DNA of 64,000 nt from Octopus sinensis (GCF_006345805.1 NC_043005.1:6882001-6946000); one strand, 5' to 3'. Counted from the stretch's first letter, positions 25,150-37,246 are shown. The notes: generated from the sequence alone by a model not told the origin. Translations and numbers: made by a program.

Positions 25150-25600
25150 CATTATCCTCATCATTTAACATCTATCTTGCATGCTGGCATGGATAGCAAG
25201 GTTTGATAGGATCTGACAAGCTGAAGAACTGCACTAAGCTCCAATCTCTACTTTGGCATGATTTCTATAGTTGTATGCCTTTCCTAATGCAACCCACTTA
25301 ACAGTGTAAAGAAAAAAGTAAAAAACCCCTTTGGTCATGAAATACCATGGGATTGCACTTAGAAAGTTACTCTTTGAGGTACAAGTCCAGGCAAGGTTGT
25401 TTATCAAAGACCACTAATGTTATCCAAGGGAAAGGCAAAGGCTGATAAAGCTTGGCACCACTGATGCTGCAACTCATTTCTACAGCTGAGTGAACTGGAG
25501 CAATGTGAAAATAAAGTATCTTGCTGAAGATCAGTGCACTGGGAGCTTTTCTATGGCAGCAGCACTGGTGAGGTAGCCAAATAACTCACACAACAAACAA
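25150..25600 (-). mobile_element. Old RTE 3'UTR interrupted by another SINE (~25315-25530)
   Basis: Diverged tail and TTCCTAATGCAACCCAC segment; the insert carries CAGCTGAGTGAACTGGAGCAA, shared with 61875-62145. Confidence 0.55.
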
Positions 25601-26022
25601 AAAGCACCCTTGACTAAGGTGGTGTGTAGTGGAGAGGGACGTGGTTATATACCAGGTGTCGAGAGACCAAAGTACAATAGAGGAACAGGAACAAGGAAAT
25701 ACATGGCTACCTGCATTATATAAGAGTGGGTGGGAGTAGCTGGAAAGAGAGATGAAGATGGTTGTAATAAGGTGTCAGAGCATACTCTCAAGGTACAAGA
25801 AGGTGAGTATGAGAGAGTGAGAGAGAGAGAGAGAGTACAAACAGGATTGAGAAGTGTGGGTAGGTGAGTTTGTAAGATGAAAGTGACTGATGGCTTGAGA
25901 TAGGGATTAAAAGTGGATATAGTGAAAAGTGAAGAATGATGGAAGAGTGGTCAGTGTTAAGTATCAGTTTGGTATGGTCAAGAAAGAAATAGGAATGGCT
26001 TGGGCAGGAGATGATGGTATGT

Positions 26023-26257
26023 AGGGCGGCGAGCTGGCAGAATCGTTAGCACGCCGGACGAAATGCTTAGCAGTGTTTGGTCTGCCGCTACGTTCTGAGT
26101 TCAAATTCCGCCGAGGTTGACTTTCCATTTCATCCTTTCGGGGTCGATAAATTAAGTACCAGTTATGCACTGGGGTCGATATAATCTACTTAATCCGTCT
26201 GTCTGTCCTTGTTTGTCTCCTCTGTGTTTAGCTCATTGTGGGTAGTAAAGAAATAGG
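26023..26257 (+). mobile_element. SINE family B, young copy
   Basis: CpG-rich GGCGGCGAGCTGGCAGAATCGTTAGCACGCC...GAGTTCAAATTCCGCC; core TTTCATCCTTTCGGGGTCGATAAATTAAGTACCAG. Confidence 0.9.
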
Positions 26258-26613
26258 TATGTAGCAGCACAGAAAGGGTAGGGAACAGCAGTGTAATAAA
26301 ACTGTAGATAGATGAGAAATAGGGAGTTAATCTGTGTGGTTAGAGTGTAGTAGAGAGAGAGAAAGATGTACAGTGACAGAGATAGAAGTTAAAGGTACAT
26401 AGAGGTAGACAGAGTGACAGACAAGGATGAAGTGTGTTGATGGCTGATACGAGAAGGCGTTGAGAAAGACAAAAGATATGAGAAGGTGATAAGGAAAAGT
26501 TAAGTCAGTCTTACAATGTAGCTCATGGGAAAAGGAGAGAAAACTAGTGGCACAGAAAGAGGCAATCAGTGGGAAATAGAAAAGGAAGGGAAGATATTAA
26601 AAATTAGGGATGG

Positions 26614-26724
26614 ATGTTAAAAAAAAAGTGGTCTGAGGAGAGTGATAACTGATAGCACAAAAGAGAATGCAATTCGCTTTTGTGCTATCAGTTATCACTC
26701 TCCTCAGACCACTTTTTTTAACAT
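26614..26724. repeat. ~110-bp near-perfect palindrome (Penelope-like fold-back)
   Basis: AAAGTGGTCTGAGGAGAGTGATAACTGATAGCACAAAAG mirrored around ~26670. Confidence 0.9.
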
Positions 26725-26753
26725 GCAATTGCCCTTTCGTTTGATTACAGCAG

Positions 26754-26819
<66 letters not shown>

Positions 26820-26920
26820 CTGCATACACACACACACACAAATATATATATATATATATATATATGCATGTGTATATATATATATATATGTATGTATGTA
26901 TGTATGTATATATATATATT

Positions 26921-27221
26921 CTTTATTCTTTTCAGTCATTTGACTGAAGCCATGCTGGAGCACTGCCTTTAGTCGAACAAATCAACCCCAGGACTTATTC
27001 TTTTTAAGCCTAATATTTATTCTATTGGTCTCTTTTGCCAAACCACTAAGTTACAGAGACATAAGCACACCAGCATCGCTTGTCAAGCAATGTTGGGGGG
27101 ACAAACACAGACACACAAACACATATATAAACATATATATACGACGGGCTTCTTTCAGTTTCCATCTACCAAATCCACTCACAAGGCTTTGGTTGGCCTG
27201 AGGCTATAGTAGAAGACACTT
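26921..27221 (-). mobile_element. SINE family A (head missing)
   Basis: Reverse complement of the body and tail. Confidence 0.85.
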
Positions 27222-27775
27222 GTACTCACCCTTGTTGTTTACAACTTCTTCCCAACGTTCAACAAGATTTTCAATTCCTTGTTGGTAGAAATCACTCGAT
27301 TTCAACTTGAAAATTGATCCAAGCTCTCAATTCTGCATCAGTATTGAACGAAACTCCATGCAGAGCATTTGAAAGAGATCGAAGGAGGTGAAAATCCATT
27401 GGTACCAAATCAGGAGAGTATTGGGGTGTGGCAGCACTTCCCAGCCATGCATTTGAATGGCTTCCTTGGACATACTGGCAATATGAGGACAGGCGTTGTC
27501 GTGTAGCAGAAGAACTTTGTGCTGCTGATTAGGTCTTTTCTCTTGAATAGCCATGTTGAGTCGTTCCATCTGTTGAGCATAGAGTTCGGCATTTACCGTT
27601 TGGTTCCCTCTTAGCAATTTGTAATGGATAATCCCTTCCCAGTCCCACCATACGCACAACATCGTTTTATGCGGATGAAGATCTTGTTTCACTCGCAGTG
27701 TTGCTTGTTTACCGGGGCTAAGCCATTCTTTATACTGCTTCATATTGATACAAAGCAGTGTCGAATGAATATATT
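27222..27775 (-). mobile_element. mariner (DD34D) transposase fragment
   Basis: HPHKTMLCVWWDWEGIIHY.LL..NQTVNAELY..Q...LLLHDNA.PH...WEVLPHP. Confidence 0.9.
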
Positions 27776-27993
27776 TATATAAAATCATATCTAACAGTTT
27801 TAAGTACATCTGGACATTTAAGTAAATTTTCCAAAGTGAAAATTCTTCTATATCACATGTGAATGTGTGTGCCTGAATGATGGAGCACAAAGGAACTGAG
27901 AGATTGAACCAATGAGCAGCAGGAATAGAATACAGTCATGTGTTCATGCTAGGTACTTTTCTATATCATCTGATGTTTGATAGTCAGACATGC

Positions 27994-28208
27994 TCTTTTA
28001 CTCTTTTCTCTTTTACTTGTTTCAGTCATTTGACTGCGGCCATGCTGGAGCACCGCCTTTAGTCGAGCAAATCGACCCCAGGACTTATTCTTTGTAAGCC
28101 CAGTACTTATTCTATCGGTCTCTTTTGCCGAACCGCTAAGTGACAGGGACATAAACACACCAGCATTGGTTGTCAAGCAATGCTAGGGGGACAAACACAG
28201 ACACACAA

Positions 28209-28240
<32 letters not shown>

Positions 28241-28368
28241 GTACATATATACGACAGGCTTCTTTCAGTTTCCGTCTACCAAATCCACTCACAAGGCATT
28301 GGTCGGCCCGGAGCTATAGCAGAAGACACTTGCCCAAGATGCCATGCAGTGGGACTAGCCACTCCTGC
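27994..28368 (-). mobile_element. SINE family A
   Basis: Near-complete reverse complement with a deletion in the head. Confidence 0.85.
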
Positions 28369-28599
28369 TATATATATATATATATATATATGAAGAGTCA
28401 ACAACAAGAAAGACTTAACTTCTACTAGCTTAAGGGCTACACTGTGTGTTCCACACATACTCTACTCTCTCTTTCTCTCTCTCTCTCTCCCTCTCCTCTC
28501 CCCTTCCCCCCTCTCTCTCATGTTCACATAAGTACAGAACCAGTCCACAACCAAATCACTGTATGAAAATAACTCCTATAATTCCTAATCAGACAGTCA

Positions 28600-30600
28600 T
28601 GTCCAACTCATACTTACATGACCAACCTCATCTGTACAGGCTTCATCCATGGCAGGACATTGACATACAGCGATTAGTAGATGTTGGGAAAAGAATATAA
28701 TATGACATTCAAAGGCTGTTTGGATTGATGTTAAGTATCTGCCAGTTTGTTTTCATTTCAAGTAAATGCAGTTACATCAAATTTTGACATGGAAATTCTT
28801 GATATAGGTTAATAATTTCCAGGTTTTAACAGTATTAGCTCTGATCTCACCTTGTATCCAATCAAGTAACCTAAATGCTACTATCAGCACTGGTACAACA
28901 AACACCTTATGGGAAATGGATTCAATGCATGAATAAAGTTCTAAGGAACATATTTTCTTTATCCTGGAATTATATTCACTGATTACCCATTCCTGGTTAT
29001 AGGTTCCATTACAGGAAATATTTTTATCTGTTCCTAAATACCTGTAACATTCTTCATCTGATATTAGAGGCCATTGACTGTAATGTCACTAGATGGGCTC
29101 ATAGTTCTATCTTACTTTACAACCATGTAAGAACATTTAGCCCAGCTAAACTCGATCCCTATATCTTTTGAGTGTCATGTCTATGCCAAAACTTCCTTGC
29201 ACACCATCCACGTTTTTGGCATATATTTTCAAATCATCCACATGGAAGCAATGTTTGGTTGGTGTTTTCGGTCCTTGTAAACCACTCATTTATCCTTCAG
29301 ATTGCCTTTAAAAATTATAGGAGGTTTGTTGAATGTATAAACAGCATCAAAGAGAGACTGTCACCCTGAAATATACTTCTGTAATATAACCAGTTCCTGC
29401 ACTTAAATTCAGAATGGTAACCTTGGATGAAGTCAGGTTGTTAAGGGCTTCAAAACTTTAGTAAATTAAAGCCTTCACAAATCAGTAACATAGTCAAATT
29501 CTTTCTTGTAATCCAACTAGACTGTGATCAAGTTCTTCTATATTAGTTTTGTTGATCAAGATTGTTTAACACACCCCCAAACATCTTTCTTTCCATGTGC
29601 TTGTTCAGCTCTGATAATATTCTTATCACAATGATCTTGGAGAAATAGATTCATATAAGTTGTATATGCTTAATAAATGAGATTCTCAAACGCATTTGGT
29701 TGGTAGTTTTTTCACCAGGTGAGTAACATTATTTTAGGGTATCAGTTTTTTCCTGTTAATATTAACCAGACTGGTATATTTATGTCACCATTGAGAGCTT
29801 GTTGATTGCTGAGAGACTGCCAATAAATGTTCAGTTTTTTGTATCCATATCTGACAAGAAGTCCACTTCTATCTTGAACTTTTGGGATCAAAGTCTCAGG
29901 AATCTCACCCTTGATGCAGTGTGTTTTTGGTTTAATACAGAAATAATACTTATTCTGTATTTCTTGTAGCCACCTTGCATTCTAATTATATTCCTTTGCC
30001 TCACTCCAGATTTTTCTCCAGAATGATTCTGTATCTTCCAGGGAAGAATCCTCCATGATATTTATTGATTGTCTCCTTATGTCTCAGTAGACTGTTAAAT
30101 GGTCTCATTGAAGTTTTACTCTTAGCTCTTCTCTTCTGATATCTAAGTTTTTCACTGATGGCTTTCAGATCCTGAGTAAGGATATTTTAGTTTGCATTCC
30201 AGTGTTCTCTTTTTACAATCTCCAAGCATTTTTCATTTTTATTTTTCACTCTTTGTTTGCGATAAGCAATGCAACATAACTTATAGTTTTATGTAAACAA
30301 ACAATGCTTTTTGTCATTTTCAAAACCCATGGTGGTCCTTTTTTTATTGTTTGTTTGGCCTTTCTTTAATTCTACTTATTCTCCAAGGTGTTGTTTTGCA
30401 GCAATTTAGAAGACGAGTAAAGAAGCATTAATTTGCTAATATTCTCTTCTGATTTTGTTAAGCCCCTTTTTTAGTTAGCACATTTAGCTTTATATTTTTG
30501 CTTGTTAGGTGATGTCTTTTCTGAAGGAGTAGTTTTAAAATCGAAATAATTTTGTCTTGAAAGATTTCATTGAAAATATCCTTCAAATGTTTGGATCCAT
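28600..30600 (-). mobile_element. Highly degraded R4/Dong-like non-LTR RT region
   Basis: Minus-strand remnants NYQP (NYRP), WLDYKKEFDYV-like (WIDYKKAFDSV), RSIFQGDSLS (RGIFQGDSLSP); boundaries approximate. Confidence 0.65.
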
Positions 30601-30889
30601 TACTCTGCCAACTAGTGGAATAGTTTTGTATTAGTACTCAAAGAAGGACATGCATTTAACTTTTTCTCACATAAAACATATACAAATACACACACACATA
30701 CAGCATATATGCACACAATCACTGGTGTACTATTCACACATCTAGAACTAGTAACACCACTAAAGACAAACATTCAAAGCCACATCTTAAAACAAAAGTG
30801 TCATACAGCTAAAAGACAAACTCGTTCCAATCCACAGACCTAATATGTCTATTTTCACAGTTCTCAAATGCAATGATTTCAAACAAATT

Positions 30890-31060
30890 ACAAGGGAGGT
30901 TGTTATCAATTGAATTAACTTTCATACTTGACTGGTACTTATTTTATTGGTCCCAGGTATTTTGAAAGGTGAAGCACCAGCAGGATTTGAACTCAGAATG
31001 TCATAGGACACAATTTGATATTGTCTGATGTTCTGCCAAGTCTGTTTTCAACTGCTGCCT
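30890..31060 (-). mobile_element. SINE family B (old)
   Basis: CTGGTACTTATTTTATTG and GGATTTGAACTCAGAA remnants. Confidence 0.6.
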
Positions 31061-32736
31061 CCTCTGAGTAACTTTAGCTTTACAACTCCATAAACTTGGA
31101 TAAAATAAACACCACAAAGGTCAGATACAAGGAGATCACTATATTCATTATAGTTTTACCATTGTCACAAGTCACCAGTCCTTCTGTCCATCAGGATCAT
31201 ATGCAGAGAAAATGTCATTGTCACATTTTCCAAGACTAATCTAAGATTATCCTATCATATACTCTGACTAACTGGACCACACTACTTATTCATTTCTTTA
31301 CCAGAAGTATGCTATCACTTTTGCCTACCCAGAAGAATTTATGCCTTTGTTCCTTATCTGTGGTAAGTCTCGTTGGGGAATTCCTCCATCTCCTTTTTGC
31401 ATACAGCACACATGCCTTTGCTCAAGCATTTCACTAATCTCTCTGAACCTACTTTTTTTTATTGTACCCACATTATCTGTAGTTGCTTTAAAGTTGTGGA
31501 CTTAAAAGGAAAGTGCATGGGTATCTGGGAAGCAATTTTCTGTACAAGTTCAAATATACAAATATTACCACCCAATGAATTATTATTTCCTTCCAACCCT
31601 CAAACTATTGGGGCCAAGCAACCACAAAAGTAAAATTAACATTATATTTGGGATTCGTTTTATATATAATAAATGCGTCCAACACTCAATGATTCTTACA
31701 ACTTTAATAAAAAAACAACAACTACTGATTAGTTTTAAATGATAAAGTGTTTGTTTGTGTTAGTTCATGTAAATTTCTTAACTGTTTATTTTTATACATC
31801 TAAACTACTTGAACATATAATCTAAGTACAAACTTTAAATTATTTTTATTTCTTTCATAGACTATATTTTGTCATCAAATGATATCAACCAACTGGTTCT
31901 ATTCCCTATTTATTTTTATGCCAAAATTATATATTCATGATACATCTGCTTTTCTGGCAATAATAGGAAAAATATAAAACAAATTATTGTTGCTAAAAAA
32001 GTATAGAAAGAAAGCCTAACCCTAAAGAAATCAACTATGACAATGCTTAATATTAAAGGTTAAAAACAAACTAAACTGGAGAATAAAGCAAAGCAAATAT
32101 CTTTGAAAGGAAAAAGAAAATAAACATTGATTATGGCAGATTGGCAAATATATTGAAATAACATGGCCACTACTTTGACTGCTTGCATAGATGGTTTGAT
32201 ACTGTCTATTTAAGTAGCATATTTAATATGATTTTTACTCAATTTTCTGGATTAGGCCATCTCTCAAATTCTTCATCTCAAGCTTTTATAGTCAAAGATG
32301 CTATTTTCTTTGACATAAAAATGACATTTCATCCGGGAAAACTTTCTATTAAACTTGCATCCCAATAGTCAACTTTATAGCACATATAATCAGAATATCA
32401 TGGCTAAATGACCATGACTGATCAATATTGACATCAGCTTCCAAGATTTATTGATTAGCATCAAGTCTTGGTAAATCTTTCATTTTCTAGCCATTCATTC
32501 TTTATTAAGTTGCTTTGCAGTTTCCAAGTATTTCTATTGAAATAGAGAAAAGTTTGACTTTTTTTCTTACTTTTCCTTACTTTTTAAAAATAATTTATAC
32601 ATTTATTAATGAAACCAGTTACTGGAAGTTCAAATTCAAATAAGGTATAAGTTATTGCAATACACATACTTTTAAAAGTGACTGATAAGGATGTAGTCAG
32701 TTATATATAATGAATGAAAGAATTATTTTATATACA

Positions 32737-32880
32737 GGGCATGGCTGTGTGGTTAGGGAGCTTGCTTCCTAGCTACATGGTTTTGGGTTCAGTCCCACTG
32801 CATGGCACTTTGGGTAGGTGTCTTCTACTATAGCCCCAAGCCGACCGGAACTTTGTGATTGAATTCGGTAGGTGGGAGTT
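32737..32880 (+). mobile_element. SINE family A 5' half
   Basis: TGGCTGTGTGG...GGTTCAGTCCCACTG. Confidence 0.75.
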
Positions 32881-32940
32881 ACTGCCGTGTGTGTATGTGT
32901 GCGTATAGCTGCTCAGTGCCTCTCCGAAAGAGAGAGAGAG

Positions 32941-32976
<36 letters not shown>

Positions 32977-32982
<6 letters not shown>

Positions 32983-33298
32983 AGGTTTGGAGATGATGTA
33001 CAGGTATTATATATTAGAAGAAATGAGGTAATCAGAAGATCGGATGGTTTATAGTTACAGATATTTATTTATATATTACATTTTTTATATACATATCATA
33101 TCACTTAGATCATTAGCGCTTTCTCCCATTCAAGTGGGTTTTCAAATCAAACTAGTTTGATTTGAAAACCCACTAGAATGGGAGAAAGTGCTAATGATCT
33201 GAATTATATGATATATATGTAAAAAATGTAATATATAAATAAATATCTGTAAATATGAACCATCCGATCTTCTAATTACCTCATTTTTTCTAATATAT
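32977..33298. mobile_element. Penelope-like fold-back, ~290-bp spacer-less palindrome
   Basis: Arms 33009-33153 / 33154-33298 centred on AAACTAGTTT; the same family occurs in reverse at ~21590-21645; (TA)n flanks. Confidence 0.75.
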
Positions 33299-33404
33299 AT
33301 ATATATATACATGTATATATATGTATATATATATATAATATATATATATATATACACATGTATATATATATATACATACATACATACATACATACATACA
33401 TACA

Positions 33405-33440
<36 letters not shown>

Positions 33441-33560
33441 TATATATATGTATGTATGTATATATGTATACGTATATGCAAGTATGTAGGTAGGTATGTA
33501 TACACACACATATATGAGTGAGTGGGCAACACGTATGGTAGGAATTACATATACTTTTGA

Positions 33561-33787
33561 TAATAACAGTTTGACTCAGTTCCATATGACTTAAAGTTTC
33601 GTGGATGTAGGATGAACCCATCTCATCAGATATTGGGAGAAGAGTAAAGGATTTGAGCTGACCAAACATTTAGAAGCCATCTTGGATTTGTCTTAAATCC
33701 CTTATCCATCTCTCAATATCTGATGAAATGTATCTATCTTATATGCCCAGAAAACTTTAAGCCACATGGAGCTGAGTCAAGCTGTTA

Positions 33788-33790
<3 letters not shown>
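33561..33790. mobile_element. Penelope-like fold-back with hammerhead motif
   Basis: Diverged inverted arms; minus strand of the left arm reads ATAT-CTGATGA-...-GAAA-CTTTAA-GTC-ATAT. Confidence 0.7.
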
Positions 33791-33844
<54 letters not shown>

Positions 33845-34715
33845 ATATGTATGTATGTATATATAATGAGAAGATAGATATAAATTTTGGTTTGTCAGTA
33901 TGTATAGATGCAGCATTTTAAATGTGGTTTATATTTGTCTCTTTAGACTCATTCATCTATTTTTCATGACTACCTGAAGATATATTTTGTTAAGCAATCA
34001 GACCAATAAAGACCAAAGTTACCGCAAATGGTGCATCATAAAATGGTTCTTGTAGATAGACATTGGCAAGATAGATTTTACAGCCATCAACAGTGAAAAA
34101 AATACAGTACAACAAAAAGTTAAGAGAAGTTAAACAAGAAGTTAAGACGCAATACTTTCTTCTCAGTGACCATGAGTAGTAAATCATACCTTGGAAAATG
34201 CTGACTGTAATATTAAGAGAAGTGTGACACAAGTAAATCGAAAATTCAAATTTTTAGGAATTTGGCAGTATTTCTAATTTTAATTTGTCTGTAGAATGTG
34301 AGTATTTTATTGGTGGTTAATTTAAGCTAAGTTATGTTACACTGTTAATACCTTGAGTGTATGGCCAATATTAATCCACCCTCCTATGATCACATACCTC
34401 TGCCAAATACTTCTTGCCCTTACTCACTTCCATTCCATCATTGTTCACCATACTGTTTTGATAAACACACACATATAGTTATTTGTTATATATATAAATA
34501 GAAAGGCATATCCTTCCATGAGGGTGACCTGGTTCTACCTAACTGATCCACAAGATCTTACATTATTCCATATAACAATGACATCATGGGTTGTTATTAT
34601 GTATGAATGTAGTTACAGCATAAGCCATGGTTCAATTTGAACAGCTGTCAAGATAAGATTATTCAAATGTATATAGGAGAGTATTGTAGTTCACTTGAGG
34701 CATTGTGTATTGTTT

Positions 34716-35440
34716 GTGAAGAATAAAAGTTTTGAATTGTACAACAATGTACTATAATACAAATAGTGGACTATATACCTGTTGTAATTTAGTCATCCAT
34801 AGTCTTATATGATATTTTGGAATAAAATTCCTTCTTCAGATATTCTCAGATGGAGTCGGAACACCGACAAAAGCATAACAGTCACAATTGAAGCCAATGA
34901 AAGAAATTTGGGTAATTTAAGAATTAAGGAAGCTATACTCATACACAGACTAGGGCCCCAAATAAACAACAGACTGGAGGTTGGTAATCAATATATTATT
35001 TAGCTACATCTGGATGCATGTAGGTTCATTTTTGATAATATGCTCATCTGTAGTTTATAACAAAAAAAAAAAAAAGAGAGAGAGAAGAGAAAAAAAGAAG
35101 GGAAAAAGGAAGCTGTACAAATAACACATAACTTAGAAGCAGCACTACGGATGTACCAGCACACACGAGATTGAGACATGGCCAACCTCACACATTTCTC
35201 ATGAGGAATTCTGGAAGGAGCTTCGTGAGACCACTGCTGAGACACTTCCAAAAAAAAAAAAACGAAAAAAAAAAAGCCATTGGAAAACTGATTATAGCAG
35301 CGACTCCATCTAAGAATATCCGAAGAAGGAATTTTATTCCGAAATATCATATAAGACTATGGATGACTAAATGACAACAGGTACATAGCCCATTGTCTGT
35401 ATTATAGTGCATTGTTGTACAATTCAAAACTTTTTATTCT
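34716..35440 (+). mobile_element. Penelope element 3' end (GIY-YIG C-terminus) with inverted pLTR copy
   Basis: LRIKEAILIHRLGPQINNR (34809-35003); ~140-bp inverted arms 34716-34859 / 35301-35440, each with a hammerhead-like core. Confidence 0.85.
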
Positions 35441-35669
35441 TTTCAAATATATATATTTTGTATTGCATGTAAACATATGCATTAAGTCTACTGGTGTTTA
35501 TCTGCTTTTCTATTTCCATGCCAGCTTGACTAGGATCGTTCTTATAACCAACTTTCTACACTGAAAGCAACTGCCCTGGATAAAGGAGTTGAGATTTTAA
35601 GGTCTCCTTTATCTGAGCACTACTCTATGGATGTCTATACCATGCTTACTTTGTATTCTCCAAAACACT

Positions 35670-36060
35670 ATTTTTATTTTATTTTTATTTTATTTTATCT
35701 AGTTTCAGCTCACGAGCTGTGGCCATGCTGGGGTACTGCCATTTGGTGTTGCTACATGATTTTACTTCACGAATGCTTTTTAGCAACTGCCATTTGGTGC
35801 ATGAGAGAGTTCGATGCAGCTGCCCTCATCTGCACCTCCTGCCGTGAAGTTGGTTCATCTGGGATACCTGACAGGAAGAGATCCAGTCCTACTTTAAAGA
35901 CATCCGCATCCACCCATGCAGGTCCTTCAGGTTCTTCGGGAGGATATTGAAGAGCTGTGGGCCTCTGAAGCCCAGGCTATCACAGTATCTTGTCCTACAC
36001 CTTGATGGCAAATTTGGAGTCCTTGGCACCACGCAGTGACACCCAATTCTGGCATTTGTG
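35670..36060 (-). mobile_element. CR1-group LINE 3' end
   Basis: YCDSLGFRGPQLFNILPKNLKDL...; tail CCCCAGCATGGCCACAGCTCGTGAGCTGAAAC(TAAAA)n. Confidence 0.8.
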
Positions 36061-36073
36061 TTTATATATATAT

Positions 36074-37246
36074 ATGCTACATGGCAGTGAAACATGGGCC
36101 GTGACTGCTGAGGACATGCGTAAGCTCGCGAGAAATGAAGCTAGTATGCTCCGTTGGATGTGTAATGTCAGTGTTCATAGTCGACAGAGTGTAAGTACCT
36201 TGAGAGAAAAGTTGGACCTAAGAGGAATCAGATGTTGTGTGCAAGAGAGACGATTACGCTGGTATGGTCATGTGGTGAGAATGGATGAAGATAGGTGTGT
36301 GAAAAAGTGCCACACCCTGGCAGTTGAGGGGACCTGTGGAAGAGGTAGACCCAGGAAAACCTGGGTCGAGGTGGTGAAGCACGACCTTCGAACTCTAGGT
36401 CTCACGAAGGAAATGACCAGAGACCGAGACCTATGGAAGTATGCTGTGCGTGAGAAGACCCGGCAAGACCAGTGAGAACAATCAAAATCAAATCATATAT
36501 CAGAAAGCAGGGGTTAAGTGATTCATCCGTTCGTGTCCGCCGTCAGCCTCGTCTGGCACCCGTGCCGGTGATACGTAAAAGCACCATTCGCTCATGGCCG
36601 TTTGCCAGCTCTGCCTGGCCCCGTGTCGGTGGCACGTAAAAGCACCATCCGTTCATGTTCGTTGCCAGCCTCGCCTGGCCCCGTGCCGGTGACACGTAAA
36701 AGCACCGTCCGTTCGTGGCCGTTTGCCAGCTCTGTCTGGCCCCATGTTGGTGGCATGTAAAAGCACCATCCGTCCGTGTCCGTTGCCAGCCTCGGCTGGC
36801 CCCCGTGCCGGTGACACATAAAAGCACCGTCCGCTCGTTGCCGTTTGCCAGCTCTGTCTGGCAACCGTGTCGGTGGCACGTAAAAGCACCATCCGTTCGC
36901 GTCCATTGCCAGCCTCGGCTGGCCCCCGTGCCAGTGACACGTAAAAGCACCGTCCGTTCATGGCCGGTTGCCAGCTCTGTCTGGCCCTGTGTCGGTGGCA
37001 CGTAAAAGCACCATCCGTTCGTGGCTGTTCGCCAGCTCTGTCTGGCACCTGTGCAGGTGGCACGTAAAAAACACCCACTACACTCGCGGAGTGGTTGGCG
37101 TTAGGAAGGGCATCCAGCCGTAGAAACACTGCCAGATCTGACTGGGCCTGACGAAGCCTTCCAGCTTCACAGACCCCAGTTGACCCGTCCAACCCATGCT
37201 AGCATGGAAAGCAGACGCTAAACGATGATGATGATGATGATGATGA
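36074..37246 (+). mobile_element. RTE LINE 3' end: ORF C-terminus, 3'UTR tandem array, (GAT)n tail
   Basis: LHGSETWAV...EASMLRWMC...RRLRWYGHVVRM...GRGRPRKTW (stop 36475); starts right after (TA)n. Confidence 0.95.
36524..37074 (+). repeat. Tandem array of nine 60-63-nt units with alternating A/B dimer structure
   Basis: Units end in TAAAAGCAC at ~36584, 36645, 36705, 36766, 36827, 36889, 36950, 37011, 37074. Confidence 0.95.

Noticed and set aside
26100-26165. Naming SINE cores as Nin/Deu, Meta, CORE or V domains
   Set aside because: The resemblance is from memory only and needs a Dfam/SINEBase alignment, so families are left as A/B/C
36524-37074. CRISPR-like repeat-spacer array
   Set aside because: The 'spacers' are homologous to each other, there are no cas genes, the context is eukaryotic, and the array is part of an RTE 3'UTR
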